A stretch of 64,000 nucleotides of DNA from Eledone cirrhosa (Eukaryota). The notes beneath the pieces were generated by a model. It searched no databases. It saw only the letters and a program-made list of their open reading frames with translations, and was not told the DNA's origin. The translations under genes and the position numbers were made by a program. The stretch spans positions 222,580,001 through 222,644,000 of the forward strand of contig OZ024741.1 of the NCBI GenBank assembly GCA_964016885.1. Direction: 5' to 3'. Below, in pieces: positions 47,901 to 62,900 of the stretch (positions are counted from its first letter, which is position 1; each line of letters starts with the position of its first letter).

Positions 47901-50900
47901 GGTGGTATTGTTGTTGGTATTATTGGTGGTATTATTGGTGGTAATATTGGTGGTAATATTGGTGGTATTATTGGTGGTATTATTGGTTGTAATATTGGTG
48001 GTAATATTGGTGGTATTATTGGTGGTATTATTGGTGGTATCATTGGTGGTATTATCGGTGGTATTATTGGTGGTAATATGGGTGGTATTATTGGTGGTAT
48101 TATTGGTGGTATTATTGGTGGTAATATTGGTGGTAATATTGGTGGTATTATTGGTGGTATTATTGGTGGTAATATTGGTGGTAATATGGTGGTATTATTG
48201 GTGGTAATATTGGTGGTATTATCGGTTGTATTATTGGTGTTATTATTGGTGGTATTATTGGTGGTAATATTGGTGGCAATATTGTTGGTATTATTGGTGG
48301 TATTATTGGTGGTATTATTGGTGGTATTATTGCTGGTATTATTGGTGGTATTGTTGGTGGTATTATTGGTGGTATTATTGGTGGTATTATTGGTGGTATT
48401 ATTGGTGGTATTGTTGGTAGTATTATTGGTGGTATGGGTGGTGGTATTATTGTTGGTATTATTGGTGGTATTATTGGTGGTATTATTGGTGGTATTGTTA
48501 GTGGTATTATTGGTGGTAATATTGGTGGTATTATTGATGGTATTATTGGTGGTATTATTGGTGGTATTATTGGTGGTATTATTGGTGGTATTATTGGTGG
48601 TAATATTGGTGGTATTATTGGTGGTATTATTGGTTGTATTGTTAGTGGTATTATTGGTGGTAATATAGGTGGTATTATTGGTGGTATTATTGGTGGTATT
48701 ATTGGTGGTATTATTGGTGGTATTATTGGTGGTATTATTGGTGGTATTATTGGTGGTATTGTTGGTGGTATTATTGGTGGTATGATTGGTGGTATTATTG
48801 GTGGTATTATTGGTGGTATTGTTGGTGGTATTATTGGTGGTATTATTGGTGGTAATATTGGTGGTAATATTGGTGGTAATATTGGTGGTATTATTGTTGG
48901 TATTGTTGGTGGTATTATTGGTGGTAATATTGGTGGTATTAATGGTGGTATTATTGGTGGTATTATGGTGGTATTATTGGTGTTATTATTGGTGGCATTA
49001 TTGGTGGTAATATTGGTGGTATTATTGGTGGTATTATTGGTGGTATTATTGGTGGTATTATTGGTGATATTATTGTTGGGGGTATTGTTGGTGGTATTAT
49101 TGGTGGTATTATTGGTGGTATTATTGGTAGTATTATTGGTGGTAATATTGGTGGTATTATTGGTGGTAATATTGGTGGTATTATTGGTGGTAATATTGGT
49201 GGTATTATTGGTGGTATTATTGGTGGTAATATTGGTGGTATTATTGGTGGTATTATTGGTGTTATTATTGGCGGTATTATTTGTGGTAATATTGGTGGTA
49301 ATATTGGTGGTATTAATGGTGGTATTATTGGTGGTATTATTGGTGGTATTATTGGTGGTATTATTGGTGGTATTGTTGGTATTATTATTGGTGGTATGGG
49401 TGGTGGAATTATTGTTGGTATTATTGGTAGTATTATTGGTGGTATTATTGGTGGTATTGTTAGTGGTATTATTGGTGGTAATATTGGTGGTATTATTGGT
49501 GGTATTATTGGTGGTATTATTGGTGGTATTATTGGTTGTATTGTTAGTGGTATTATTGGTGGTAATATTGGTGGTATTATTGGTGGTATTATTGGTGGTA
49601 TTATTGGTGGTATTATTGGTGGTATTATTGGTGGTATTATTGGTGGTATTGTTGGTGGTATTATTGGTGGTAATATTGGTGGTAATATTGGTGGTATTAT
49701 TGGTGGTATTATTGGTGGTATTATTGGTGGTAATATTGGTGGTATTATTGGTGGTATTATTGGTGGTATTATTGGTGGTATTATTGGTGGTAATATTGGT
49801 GGTATTATTGGTGGTATTATTGGTGTTATTATTGGTGGCATTATTGGTGGTATTATTGGTGGTATTATTGGTGGTAATATTGGTGGTATTATTGGTGGTA
49901 TTGTTAGTGGTATTATTGGTGGTAATATTGGTGGTATTATTGGTGGTATTATTGGTGGTATTATTGGTGGTATTATTGGTGATATTATTGTTGGGGGTAT
50001 TGTTGGTGGTATTATTGGTGGTATTATTGGTGGTATTATTGGTAGTATTATTGGTGGTAATATTGGTGGTATTATTGGTGGTAATATTGGTGGTATTATT
50101 GGTGGTATTATTGGTGGTAATATTGGTGGTATTATTGGTGGTAATATTGGTGGTATTATTGGTGGTATTATTGGTGGTAATATTGGTGGTATTATTGGTG
50201 GTATTATTGGTGTTATTATTGGTGGTATTATTTGTGGTAATATTGGTGGTAATATTGGTGGTATTATTGGTGGTATTATTGGTGGTATTATTGGTGGTAA
50301 TATTGGTGGTAATATTGGTGGTATTATTGGTGGTATTATTGGTGGTATTATTGGTGGTAATATTGGTGGTAATATTGGTGGTATTGTTGTTGGTATTATT
50401 GGTGGTATTATTGGTGGTAATATTGGTGGTAATATTGGTGGTATTATTGGTGGTATTATTGGTTGTAATATTGGTGGTAATATTGGTGGTATTATTGGTG
50501 GTATTATTGGTGGTATCATTGGTGGTATTATCGGTGGTATTATTGGTGGTAATATTGGTGGTATTATTGGTGGTATTATTGGTGGTATTATTGGTGGTAA
50601 TATTGGTGGTAATATTGGTGGTATTATTGGTGGTATTATTGGTGGTAATATTGGTGGTAATATGGTGGTATTATTGGTGGTAATATTGGTGGTATTATCG
50701 GTTGTATTATTGGTGTTATTATTGGTGGTATTATTGGTGGTAATATTGGTGGTAATATTGTTGGTATTATTGGTGGTATTATTGGTGGTAATATTGGTGG
50801 TAATATTGGTGGTATTATTGGTGGTATTATTGGTGGTATCATTGGTGGTATTATTGGTGGTATTATTGGTGGTATTATTGGTGGTATTATTGGTGGTATT

Positions 50901-53900
50901 ATTGGTGGTATTATTGGTGGTATTATTGGTGGTATTATTGGTGGTATTGTTGGAAGTATCATTGATGGTATGGGTGGTGGTATTATTGTTGTTATTATTG
51001 GGGGTATTATTGGTGGTATTATTGGTGGTATTGTTAGTGGTATTATTGGTGGTAATATTGGTGGTATTATTGATGGTATTATTGGTGGTATTATTGGTGG
51101 TATTATTGGTGGTATTATTGGTGGTATTACTGGTGGTAATATTGGTGGTATTATTGGTGGTATTATTGGTTGTATTGTTAGTGGTATTATTGGTGGTAAT
51201 ATTGGTGGTATTATTGGTGGTATTATTGGTGGTATTATTGGTGGTATTATTGGTGGTATTATTGGCGGTGTTGTTGGTGGTATTATTGGTGGTATTATTG
51301 GTGGTATTATTGGTGATATTATTGTTGGGGGTATTGTTGGTGGTATTATTGGTGGTATTATTAGTGGTATTATTGGTAGTATTATTGGTGGTAATATTGG
51401 TGGTATTATTGGTGGTAATATTGGTGGTATTATTGGTGGTAATATTGGTGGTATTATTGGTGGTATTATTGGTGGTAATATTGGTGGTATTATTGGTGGT
51501 ATTATTGGTGTTATTATTGGCGGTATTATTTGTGGTAATATTGGTGGTAATATTGGTGGTATTATTGGTGGTATTATTGGTGGTATTATTGGTGGTATTA
51601 TTGGTGGTAATATTGGTGGTAATATTGGTGGTATTATTGGTGGTATTATTGGTGGTATTATTGGTGGTAATATTGGTGGTATTATTGGTGGTATTGTTGT
51701 TGGTATTATTGGTGGTATTATTGGTGGTAATATTGGTGGTAATATTGGTGGTATTATTGATGGTATCATTGGTGGTATTGTTGTTGGTATTATTGGTGGT
51801 ATTATTGGTGGTAATATTGGTGGTATTATTGGTGGTATTATTGGTGGTAATATTGGTGGTATTAATGGTGGTTTGTTGTTGGTATTATTGGTGGTATTAT
51901 TGGTGGTATTATTGGTGGTATTATTGGTGGTAATATTGGTGGTAATATTGCTGGTATTATTGGTGGTATTATTGGTGGTATCATTGGTGGTATTATTGGT
52001 GATATTATTGTTGGGGGTATTGTTGGTGGTATTATTGGTGTTATTATTGGTGGTATTATTGGTGGTAATATTGGTGGTAATATTGGTGGTATTATTGGTG
52101 GTATTATTGGTGGTAATATTGGTGGTAATATTGGTGGTATTATTGGTGGTATTATTGGTGGTATCATTGGTGGTATTATTGCTGGTATTATTGGTGGTAT
52201 TGTTGGTGGTATTATTGGTGGTATTATTGGTGGTAATATTGGTGGTATTATTAGTGGTATTATTGTTGGTAATATTGGTGGTATTATTGGTGGTATTATT
52301 GGTGTTATTATTGGTGGTAATATTGGTGGTATTATTGGTGGTATTGTTGGTGGTATTGTTGGTGGTATTATTGGTTGTATTATTGGTGGTATTGTTGGTG
52401 GTATTATTGGTAGTATTGTTGTTGGTATTATTGGTGGTAATATTGGCGTTATTATTGGTGGTATTATTGGTGGTATTATTGGTGGTATTATTGGTGGTAT
52501 TATTGGTGGTAATATTGGCGGTATTATTGGTGGTAATATTGGTGGTATTATTGGTGGTATTGTTGGTAGTATTATTGGTGATATTATTGGTGGTATTAAG
52601 GGTGGTATTGTTGGTTATATTGTTGGTGGTATTGTTGGTGGTATAATTGGTGGTATTATTGTTGGTGGTATTGTTGGTGGTATTGTTGGTGGTAATATTG
52701 GTGGTATTATTGGTGGTATTATTATTGGTATTATTGGTGGTATTATTGGTGGTAATATTGGTGGTATTATTGGTGGTATTATTGGTGGTAATATTGGTGG
52801 TATTATTGGTGGTATTATTGGTGGTAATATTGGTGGTAATATTAGTGGTATTATTGGTGGTATTATTGGTGTTATTATTGGTGGTATTATTGGTGGTATT
52901 ATTGGTGGTATTATTGTTGGTATTATTGGTGGTATTATTGGTGGTATTATTGTTGGTATTATTGGTGGTATTATTGGTGGTATTATTGGTGGTATTATTG
53001 GTGGTAATATTGGTGGTATTATTGGTGGTATTATTGGTGGTATTATTGGTGGTATTGTTGGTAGTATTATTGGTGGTATTATTGGTGGTATGGGTGGTGG
53101 TATTATTGTTGGTATTATTGGTGGTATTATTGGTGGTATTATTGGTGGTATTGTTAGTGGTATTATTGGTGGTAATATTGGTGGTATTATTGATGGAATT
53201 ATAGGTGGTATTATTGGTGGTATTATTGGTGGTATTATTGGTGGTAATATTGGTGGTATTATTGGTGGTATTATTGCTTGTATTGTTAGTGGTATTATTG
53301 GTGGTAATATTGGTGGTACTATTGGTGGTATTATTGGTGGTATTATTGGTAGTATTACTGGTGGTATTATTGGTGTTATTATTGGTGGTATTATTGGTAG
53401 TATTATTGGTGGTATTATTGGTGGTATTATTGGTGGTATTATTGTTGGTATTATTGGTGGTAATATTGGCGGTATTAGTGGTGGTAATATTGGTGGTATT
53501 ATTGGTGGTATTAATGGTGGTATTGTTGGTGGTATTATTGGTGGTATTATTGGTGGTATTGTTGGTGGTATTATTGGTGGTAATATTGGTGGTAATATTG
53601 GTGGTATTATTGGTGGTATTATTGGTGGTATTATTGGTGGTAATATTGGTGGTATTATTGGTGGTATTATTGGTGGTATTATTGGTGGTATTATTGGTGG
53701 TAATATTGGTGGTATTATTGGTGGTATTATTGGTGTTATTATTGGTGGCATTATTGGTGGTATTATTGGTGGTAATATTGGTGGTATTATTGGTGGTATT
53801 ATTGGTGGTATTATTGGTGGTATTATTGGTGATATTATTGTTGGGGGTATTGTTGGTGGTATTATTGGTGGTATTATTGGTGGTATTATTGGTAGTATTA

Positions 53901-55339
53901 TTGGTGGTAATATTGGTGCTATTATTGGTGGTAATATTGGTGGTATTATTGGTGGTATTTTTGGTGGTAATATTGGTGGTATTATTGGTGGTAATATTGG
54001 TGGTATTATTGGTGGTATTATTGGTGGTAATATAGGTGGTATTATTGGTGGTATTATTTGTGTTATTATTGGTGGTATTATTTGTGGTAATATTGGTGGT
54101 AATATTGGTGGTATTATTGGTGGTATTATTGGTGGTATTATTGGTGGTAATATTGGTGGTAATATTGGTGGTATTATTGGTGGTATTATTGGTGGTATTA
54201 TTGGTGGTAATATTGGTGGTAATATTGGTGGTATTGTTGTTGGTATTATTGGTGGTATTATTGGTGGTAATATTGGTGGTAATATTGGTGGTATTATTGG
54301 TGGTATTATTGGTTGTAATATTGGTGGTAATATTGGTGGTATTATTGGTGGTATTATTGGTGGTATCATTGGTGGTATTATCGGTGGTATTATTGGTGGT
54401 AATATTGGTGGTATTATTGGTGGTATTATTGGTGGTATTATTGGTGGTAATATTGGTGGTAATATTGGTGGTATTATTGGTGGTATTATTGGTGGTAATA
54501 TTGGTGGTAATATGGTGGTATTATTGGTGGTAATATTGGTGGTATTATCGGTTGTATTATTGGTGTTATTATTGGTGGTATTATTGGTGGTATTATTGGT
54601 GGTATTGTTGGAAGTATTATTGATGGTATGGGTGGTGGTATTATTGTTGGTATTATTGGGGGTATTATTGGTGGTATTATTGGTGGTATTGTTAGTGGTA
54701 TTATTGGTGGTAATATTGGTGGTATTATTGATGGTATTATTGGTGGTATTATTGGTGGTATTATTGGTGGTATTATTGGTGGTATTATTGGTGGTAATAT
54801 TGGTGGTATTATTGGTGGTATTATTGGTTGTATTGTTAGTGGTATTATTGGTGGTAATATTGGTGGTATTATTGGTGGTATTATTGGTGGTATTATTGGT
54901 GGTATTATTGGTGGTATTATTGGTGGTATTATTGGTGGTATTATTGGTGGTAATATTGGTGGTAATATTGGTGGTATTATTGGTGGTATTATTGGTGGTA
55001 TTATTGGTGGTAATATTGGTGGTATTATTGGTGGTATTGTTGTTGGTATTATTGGTGGTATTATTGGTGGTAATATTGGTGGTAATATTGGTGGTATTAT
55101 TGATGGTATCATTGGTGGTATTGTTGTTGGTATTATTGGTGGTATTATTGGTGGTATTATTGGTGGTATTATTGGTGGTAATATTGGTGGTAATATTGGT
55201 GGTATTATTGGTGGTATTATTGGTGGTAATATTGGTGGTAATATGGTGGTATTATTGGTGGTAATATTGGTGGTATTATCGGTTGTATTATTGGTGTTAT
55301 TATTGGTGGTATTATTGGTGGTATTATTGGTGGTATTGT

Positions 55340-55524
55340 AGGGCGGTGGATTGGCAGTATCGGTAGAGGGTCGGACGCCATGCTTTCCAGCATAGTTACG
55401 TCCCTTTACCATCTGAGTTCAAATCCCGCCGAGGTTGACTTTGCCTTTCATCCTTACGGGGTCGATAAAATAAAGTACCAGTAATGCACTGGTAATTGCT
55501 GGCCTTGTGCCTAAAGTAGAAACA
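55340..55524 (+). mobile_element. Full-length SINE inserted in the satellite
   Basis: AGGGCGGTGGATTGGCAGTATCGG...GGCCTTGTGCCTAAAGTAGAAACA followed by ATTATTGGTGGT. Confidence 0.93.
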
Positions 55525-56802
55525 ATTATTGGTGGTAATATTGGTGGTATTATTGGTGGTATTATTGGTGGTAATATTGGTGGTATTAATGGTGGTTTGT
55601 TGTTGGTATTATTGGTGGTATTATTGGTGGTATTATTGGTGGTATTATTGGTGGTATTATTGGTGGTAATATTGGTGGTAATATTTCTGGTATTATTGGT
55701 GGTATTATTGGTGGTATCATTGGTGGTATTATTGGTGATATTATTGTTGGAGGTATTGTTGGTGGTATTATTGGTGTTATTATTGGTGGTATTATTGGTG
55801 GTAATATTGGTGGTAATATTGGTGGTATTATTGGTGGTATTATTGGTGGTAATATTGGTGGTAATATTGGTGGTATTATTGGTGGTATTATTGGTGGTAT
55901 CATTGGTGGTATTATTGCTGGTATTATTGGTGGTATTGTTGGTGGTATTATTGGTGGTATTATTGGTGGTAATATTGGTGGTATTATTAGTGGTATTATT
56001 GTTGGTAATATTGGTGGTATTATTGGTGGTATTATTGGTGTTATTATTGGTGGTAATATTGGTGGTATTATTGGTGGTATTGTTGGTGGTATTGTTGGTG
56101 GTATTATTGGTGGTATTATTGGTGGTATTGTTGGTGGTATTATTGGTAGTATTGTTGTTGGTATTATTGGTGGTAATATTGGCGTTATTATTGGTGGTAT
56201 TATTGGTGGTATTATTGGTGGTATTATTGGTGGTATTATTGGTGGTAATATTGGCGGTATTATTGGTGGTAATATTGGTGGTATTATTGGTGGTATTGTT
56301 GGTAGTATTATTGTTGATATTATTGGTGGTATTAAGTGTGGTATTGTTGGTTATATTGTTGGTGGTATTGTTGGTGGTATAATTGGTGGTATTATTGGTG
56401 GTATTATTGGTGGTATTATTGGTGGTATTATTGTTGGTGGTATTGTTGGTGGTATTGTAGGTGGTAATATTGGTGGTATTATTGGTGGTATTATTGTTGG
56501 TATTATTGGTGGTATTATTGGTGGTAATATTGGTGGTATTATTGGTGGTATTATTGGTGGTATTATTGTTGGTATTATTGGTGGTATTATTGGTGGTATT
56601 ATTGTTGGTATTATTGGTGGTATTATTGGTGGTATTATTGGTGGTATTATTGGTGGTAATATTGGTGGTATTATTGGTGGTATTATTGGTGGTATTATTG
56701 GTGGTATTGTTGGTAGTATTATTGGTGGTATTATTGGTGGTATGGGTGGTGGTATAATTGTTGGTATTATTGGTGGTATTATTGGTGGTATTATTGGTGG
56801 TA

Positions 56803-56989
56803 AGGCAGTGGATTGGCAGTATCAGTAGAGGTTCGCACGCCATGCTTTCTAGCATAGAGTTACGTCCCTTTACGGACTGGGTTCAAATCCCTCCAAGGTT
56901 AACTTTGCCTTTCATCCTTACGGGGTCGATAAAATAAAGTACCAGTAATGTACTGGGTAATTGCTGGCCTTGTGTCAAAAGTAGAAACA
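56803..56989 (+). mobile_element. Full-length SINE inserted in the satellite, TSD about 12-13 bp
   Basis: AGGCAGTGGATTGGCAG...GTAGAAACA; ATTATTGGTGGT(A) on both sides; empty paralogous site at ~53113-53150. Confidence 0.93.
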
Positions 56990-59900
56990 ATTATTGGTGG
57001 TATTGTTAGTGGTATTATTGGTGGTAATATTGGTGGTATTATTGATGGAATTATAGGTGGTATTATTGGTGGTATTATTGGTGGTATTATTGGTGGTAAT
57101 ATTGGTGGTATTATTGGTGGTATTATTGCTTGTATTGTTAGTGGTATTATTGGTGGTAATATTGGTGGTACTATTGGTGGTATTATTGGTGGTATTATTG
57201 GTAGTATTATTGGTGGTATTATTGGTGTTATTATTGGTGGTATTATTGGTGGTATTATTGGTGGTATTATTGGTGGTATTATTGGTGGTATTATTGTTGG
57301 TATTATTGGTGGTAATATTGGCGGTATTATTGGTGGTAATATTGGTGGTATTATTGGTGGTATTAATGGTGGTATTGTTGGTGGTATTATTGGTGGTATT
57401 ATTGGTGGTATTGTTGGTGGTATTATTGGTAGTATTGTTGTTGGTATTATTGGTGGTAATATTGGCGGTATTATTGGTGGTAATATTGGTGGTATTATTG
57501 GTGGTAACATTGGTGGTATTATTGGTGGTATTATTGGTGGTATTATTGTTGGTATTATTGGTGGTATTATTGGTGGTATTATTGTTGGTATTATTGGTGG
57601 TATTATTGGTGGTATTATTGGTGGTATTATTGGTGGTAATATTGGTTGTATTATTGGTGGTATTATTGGTTGTATTTTTAGTGGTATTATTGGTGGTAAT
57701 ATTGGTGGTATTATTGGTGGTATTATTGGTGGTATTATTGGTGGTATTATTGGTGGTATTATTGGTGGTTTTATTGGTGGTATTGTTGGTGGTATTATTG
57801 GTGGTATGATTGGTGGTATTATTGGTGGTATTATTGGTGGTATTGTTGGTGGTATTATTGGTGGTATTATTGGTGGTATTGCTGGTGGTATAATTGGTGG
57901 TATTATTGGTGGTATTGTTGGTGGTATTATTGGTGGTATTGTTGTTGGTATTATTGGTGGTAATATTGGTGGTATTATTGGTGGTAATATTGGTGGTATT
58001 TTTGTTGGTATTATTGGTGGTATTATTGGTGGTATTGTTGTTGGTATTATTGGTGGTATTATTGGTGGTAATATTGGTGGTATTATTGGTGGTATTATTG
58101 GTGGTAATATTGGTGGTATTATTGGTGGTAATATTGGTGGTATTATTGGTGGTATTATTGGTGGTAATATTGGTGGTATTATTGGTGGTAATATTGGTGG
58201 TATTATGGTGGTATTATTGGTGGTAATATTGGTGGTATTATCGGTGGTATTATTGGTGTTATTATTGGTGGTATTATTGGTGGTAATATTGGTGGTATTA
58301 TTGGTGGTATTATTGGTGTTATTATTGGTGGTAATATTGGTGGTATTATTGGTGGTAATATTGGGGGTATTGTTGGTGGTATTATTGGGGGTATTATTGG
58401 TAGTATTATTGGTGGTATTATTGGTGGTAATATTGGTGGTAATATTGGTGGTAATATTGGTGGTATTATTGGTGGTATTATTGTTGGTATTATTGGTGGT
58501 AATATTGGTGGTAATATTGGTGGTAATATTGGTGGTATTATTGGTGGTATTATTGGTGGTATTATTGTTGGTATTATTGGTGGTATTATTGGTGGTAATA
58601 TTGGTGGTATTATTGGTGGTATTATTGGTGGTATTATTGTTGGTATTATTGGTGGTAATATTGGTGGTAATATTGGTGGTAATATTGGTGGTATTATTGG
58701 TGGTATTATTGGTGGTATTATTGGTGGTAATATTGGGGGTATTGTTGGTGGTATTATTGGTGGTATTATTGGTAGTATTATTGGTGGTAATATTGGTGGT
58801 ATTATTGGTGTTATTATTGGTGGTATTATTGGTGGTAATATTGGTGGTATTATTGGTGGTATAATTGGTGGCATTATTGGTGGTATTATTGGTGGTATTA
58901 TTGGTGGTATTATTGGTGTTATTATTGGTGGTATTATTGGTGGTAATATTGGTGGTATTATTGGTGGTAATATTGGTGGTATTATTGGTGGTATTATTGG
59001 TGGTAATATTGGTGGTATTATTGGTGGTAATATTGGTGGTATTATTGGTGGTAATATTGGTGGTATTATTGGTGGTATTATTGGTGGTAATATTGGTGGT
59101 ATTATTGGTGGTATTATCGGTGGTATTATTGGTGTTATTATTGGTGGTATTATTGGTGGTATTATTGGTGTTATTATTGGTGGTATTATTGGTGGTATTA
59201 TTGGTGGTATTATTGGTGGTATAATTGGTGGCATTATTGGTGGTATTATTGGTGGTATTATTGGTGGTAATATTGGTGGTATTATTGGTGGTATTATTGG
59301 TGGTAATATTGGTGGTATTATTGGTGGTAATATTGGTGGTATTATTGGTGGTATTATTGGTGGTAATATTGGTGGTATTATTGGTGGTAATATTGGTGGT
59401 ATTATTGGTGGTAATATTGGTGGTATTATTGGTGGTATTATTGGTGGTAATATTGGTGGTATTATTGGTGGTATTATTGGTGGTAATATTGGTGGTATTA
59501 TTGGTGGTATTATTGGTGTTATTATTGGTGATAATATTGGTGGTATTATTGGTGGTATTGTTGTTGGTATTATTAGTGGTATTATTGTTGGTAATATTGG
59601 TGGTAATATTGGTGGTATTATTGGTGGTATTATTGGTGGTAATATTGGTGGTAGTATTGGTGGTATTGTTGGTGGTATTATTGGTGGTATCATTGGTGGT
59701 ATTATTGGTGGTATTATTGGTGGTATTGTTGGGGTTATTATTGGTGGTAATATTGGTGGTATTGTTGGTGGTAATATTGGTGGTATTATTGGTGGTATTG
59801 TTGGTGGTATTATTGGTGGTATTATTGGTGGTATTATTGGTGGTAATATTGGTGGTATTATTGGTGGTATTATTGGTGGTATTGTTGTTGGTATTATTGG

Positions 59901-62900
59901 TGGTATTATTGGTGGTTTTATTGGTGGTAATATTGGTGGTATTATTGGTGGTAATATTGCTGGTATTATTGGTGGTATTATTGGTGGTATTGTTGGTAGT
60001 ATTATTGGTGGTATTATTGGTGGTATGGGTGGTGGTATTATTGGTGGTATTATTGGTGGTATTATTGGTGGTATTATTGGTGGTATTGTTGGTGGTATTA
60101 TTGGTGGTGGTATTGTTGGTGGTATTATTGGTGGTATTATTGTTGGTGGTATTGTTGGTGGTATTATTGGTGGTACTATTGGTGGTATTATTGGTGATAT
60201 TATTGGTGGTATTATTGGTGGTATTATAGGTGGTATTATTGGTGGTAATATTGGTGGTAATATTGGTGGTATTATTGGTGGTATTATTGGCGGTATTATT
60301 GGTGGTATTATTGGTGGTATTATTGGTGGTATTGTTGGTGGTATTATTGGTGGTGGTATTGTTGGCGGTATTATTGGTGGTAATATTGGTGGTATTATTG
60401 TTGGTGGTATTGTTGGTGGTATTATTGGTGGTATTATTGGTGGTTTTATTAGTGGTATTATTGTTGGTATTATTGGTGGTAATATTGGCGGTATTATTGG
60501 TGGTATTATTGGTGGTATTGTTGGTGGTATTATTGGTGGTATTATTGGTGGTATTGCTGGTGGTATAATTGGTGGTATTGTTGTTGGTATTATTGGTGGT
60601 AATATTGGTGGTATTATTGGTGGTATTGTTGGTGGTATTATTGGTGGTATTATTGGTGGTATTGCTGGTGGTATAATTGGTGGTATTATTGGTGGTATTG
60701 TTGGTGGTATTATTGGTGGTATTGTAGTTGGTATTATTGGTGGTAATATTGGTGGTATTATTGGTGGTATTTTTGTTGGTATTATTGGTGGTATTATTGG
60801 TGGTAATATTGGTGGTATTATTGGTGGTACTGTTGTTGGAATTATTGGTGGTATTATTGGTGGTAATATTGGTCGTATGGGTGGTGGTATTATTGTTGGT
60901 ATTATTGGTGGTATTATTGGTGGTAATATTGGTGGTAATATTGGTGGTGTTATTGGTGGTATTATTGGTGGTATCATTGGTGGTATTATTGGTAATATTA
61001 TTGGTGGTAATATTGGTGGTATTATGGTGGTATTATTGGTGTTATTATTGGTGGTATTATTGGTGGTAATATTGGTGGTAATATTGGTGGTATTATTGGT
61101 GGTATTATTGGTGGTATTATTGGTGGTAATATTGGTGGTAATATTGGTGGTATTATTTGTGGTATTATTGGTGATATTATTGGTGGTAATATTGGTGGTA
61201 ATATTGGTGGTATTATTGGTTTGTATTATTGGTGGTAATATTGGTGGTATTATTGGTGGTAATATTGGTGGTATTATGGTGGTATTATTGGTGATATTAT
61301 TGGTGGTATTGTTGGTGGTAATATTGGTGGTATTATTGGTTTGTATTATTGGTGGTAATATTGGTGGTATTATTGGTGGTAATATTGGTGGTATTATGGT
61401 GGTATTATTGGTGATATTATTGGTGGTATTGTTGGTGGTGTTGTTGGTGGTATTGTTGGTGGTATTATTGGTGGTATTATTGGTGGTATTATTGGTGGTA
61501 TTATTTGTGGTATTATTGGTAGTATTATTGGTGGTATTATTGTTGGTATTGTTGGTGGTATTATTGGTGGTATTGTTGTTGGTAATATTGGTTGTATTAT
61601 TGGTGGTATTATTGTTGGTATTATTGGTGGTAATATTGGTGGTATTATTGCTGGCATTACTGGTGGTAATATTGGTGGTATTATTGGTGGTATTATTGGT
61701 GGTATTATTGGTGGTATTATTGGTGGTATTGTTGGTGGTATTATTGGTGGTATTATTGGTGGTATTGTTGGTGGTATTATTGGTAGTATTGTTGTTGGTA
61801 TTATTGGTGGTAATATTGGCGGTATTATTGGTGGTAATATTGGTGGTATTATTGGTGTTATTATTGTTGGTATTATTGGTAGTATTATTGGTGGTAATAT
61901 TGGTGGTATTATTGGTGGTATTATTGGTGGTAATATTGGTGGTATTATTGTTGGTATTATTGGTGGTATTGTTAGTGGTATTATTAGTGGTAATATTGGT
62001 GGTATTATTGGTGGTATTATTGGTGGTATTATTGGTGGTATTATTGGTGGTATTATTGGTGGTATTGTTGGTAGTATTATTGGTGGTATGGGTGGTGGTA
62101 TTATTGTTGGTATTATTGGCGGTATTATTGGTGGTATTATTGGTGGTATTATTGGTGGTGTTATTGGTGGTATTATTGGTGGTATTATTGGTGGTATTGT
62201 TGGTGGTATTATTGTTGGTATTATTGGTGGTATTATTGGTGGTATTGTTGGTGGTATTGTTGGTGGTATTATTGGTGGTATTATTGGTGGTATTATTAGT
62301 GGTATTATTGTTGGTATTATTGGTGGTAATATTGGCGGTATTATTGGTGGTAATATTGGTGGTATTATTGGTGGTATTATTGGTGGTATTGTTGGTGGTA
62401 TTATTGTTGGTATTATTGGTGGTATTGTTGGTGGTATTATTGGTGGTATTATTGGTGGTATTGTTGGTGGTATTATTGGTGGTATTATTGGTGATATTAT
62501 TGGTGGTATTATTGGTGGTATTATAGGTGGTATTATTGGTGGTAATATTGGTGGTAATATTGGTGGTATTATTGGTGGTATTATTGGCGGTATTATTGGT
62601 GGTATTATTGGTGGTATTATTGGTGGTATTGTTGGTGGTATTATTGGTGGTGGTATTGTTGGCGGTATTATTGGTGGTAATATTGGTGGTATTATTGTTG
62701 GTGGTATTGTTGGTGGTATTATTGGTGGTATTATTGGTGGTTTTATTAGTGGTATTATTGTTGGTATTATTGGTGGTAATATTGGCGGTATTATTGGTGG
62801 TATTATTGGTGGTATTGTTGGTGGTATTATTGGTGGTATTATTGGTGGTATTGCTGGTGGTATAATTGGTGGTATTGTTGTTGGTATTATTGGTGGTAAT

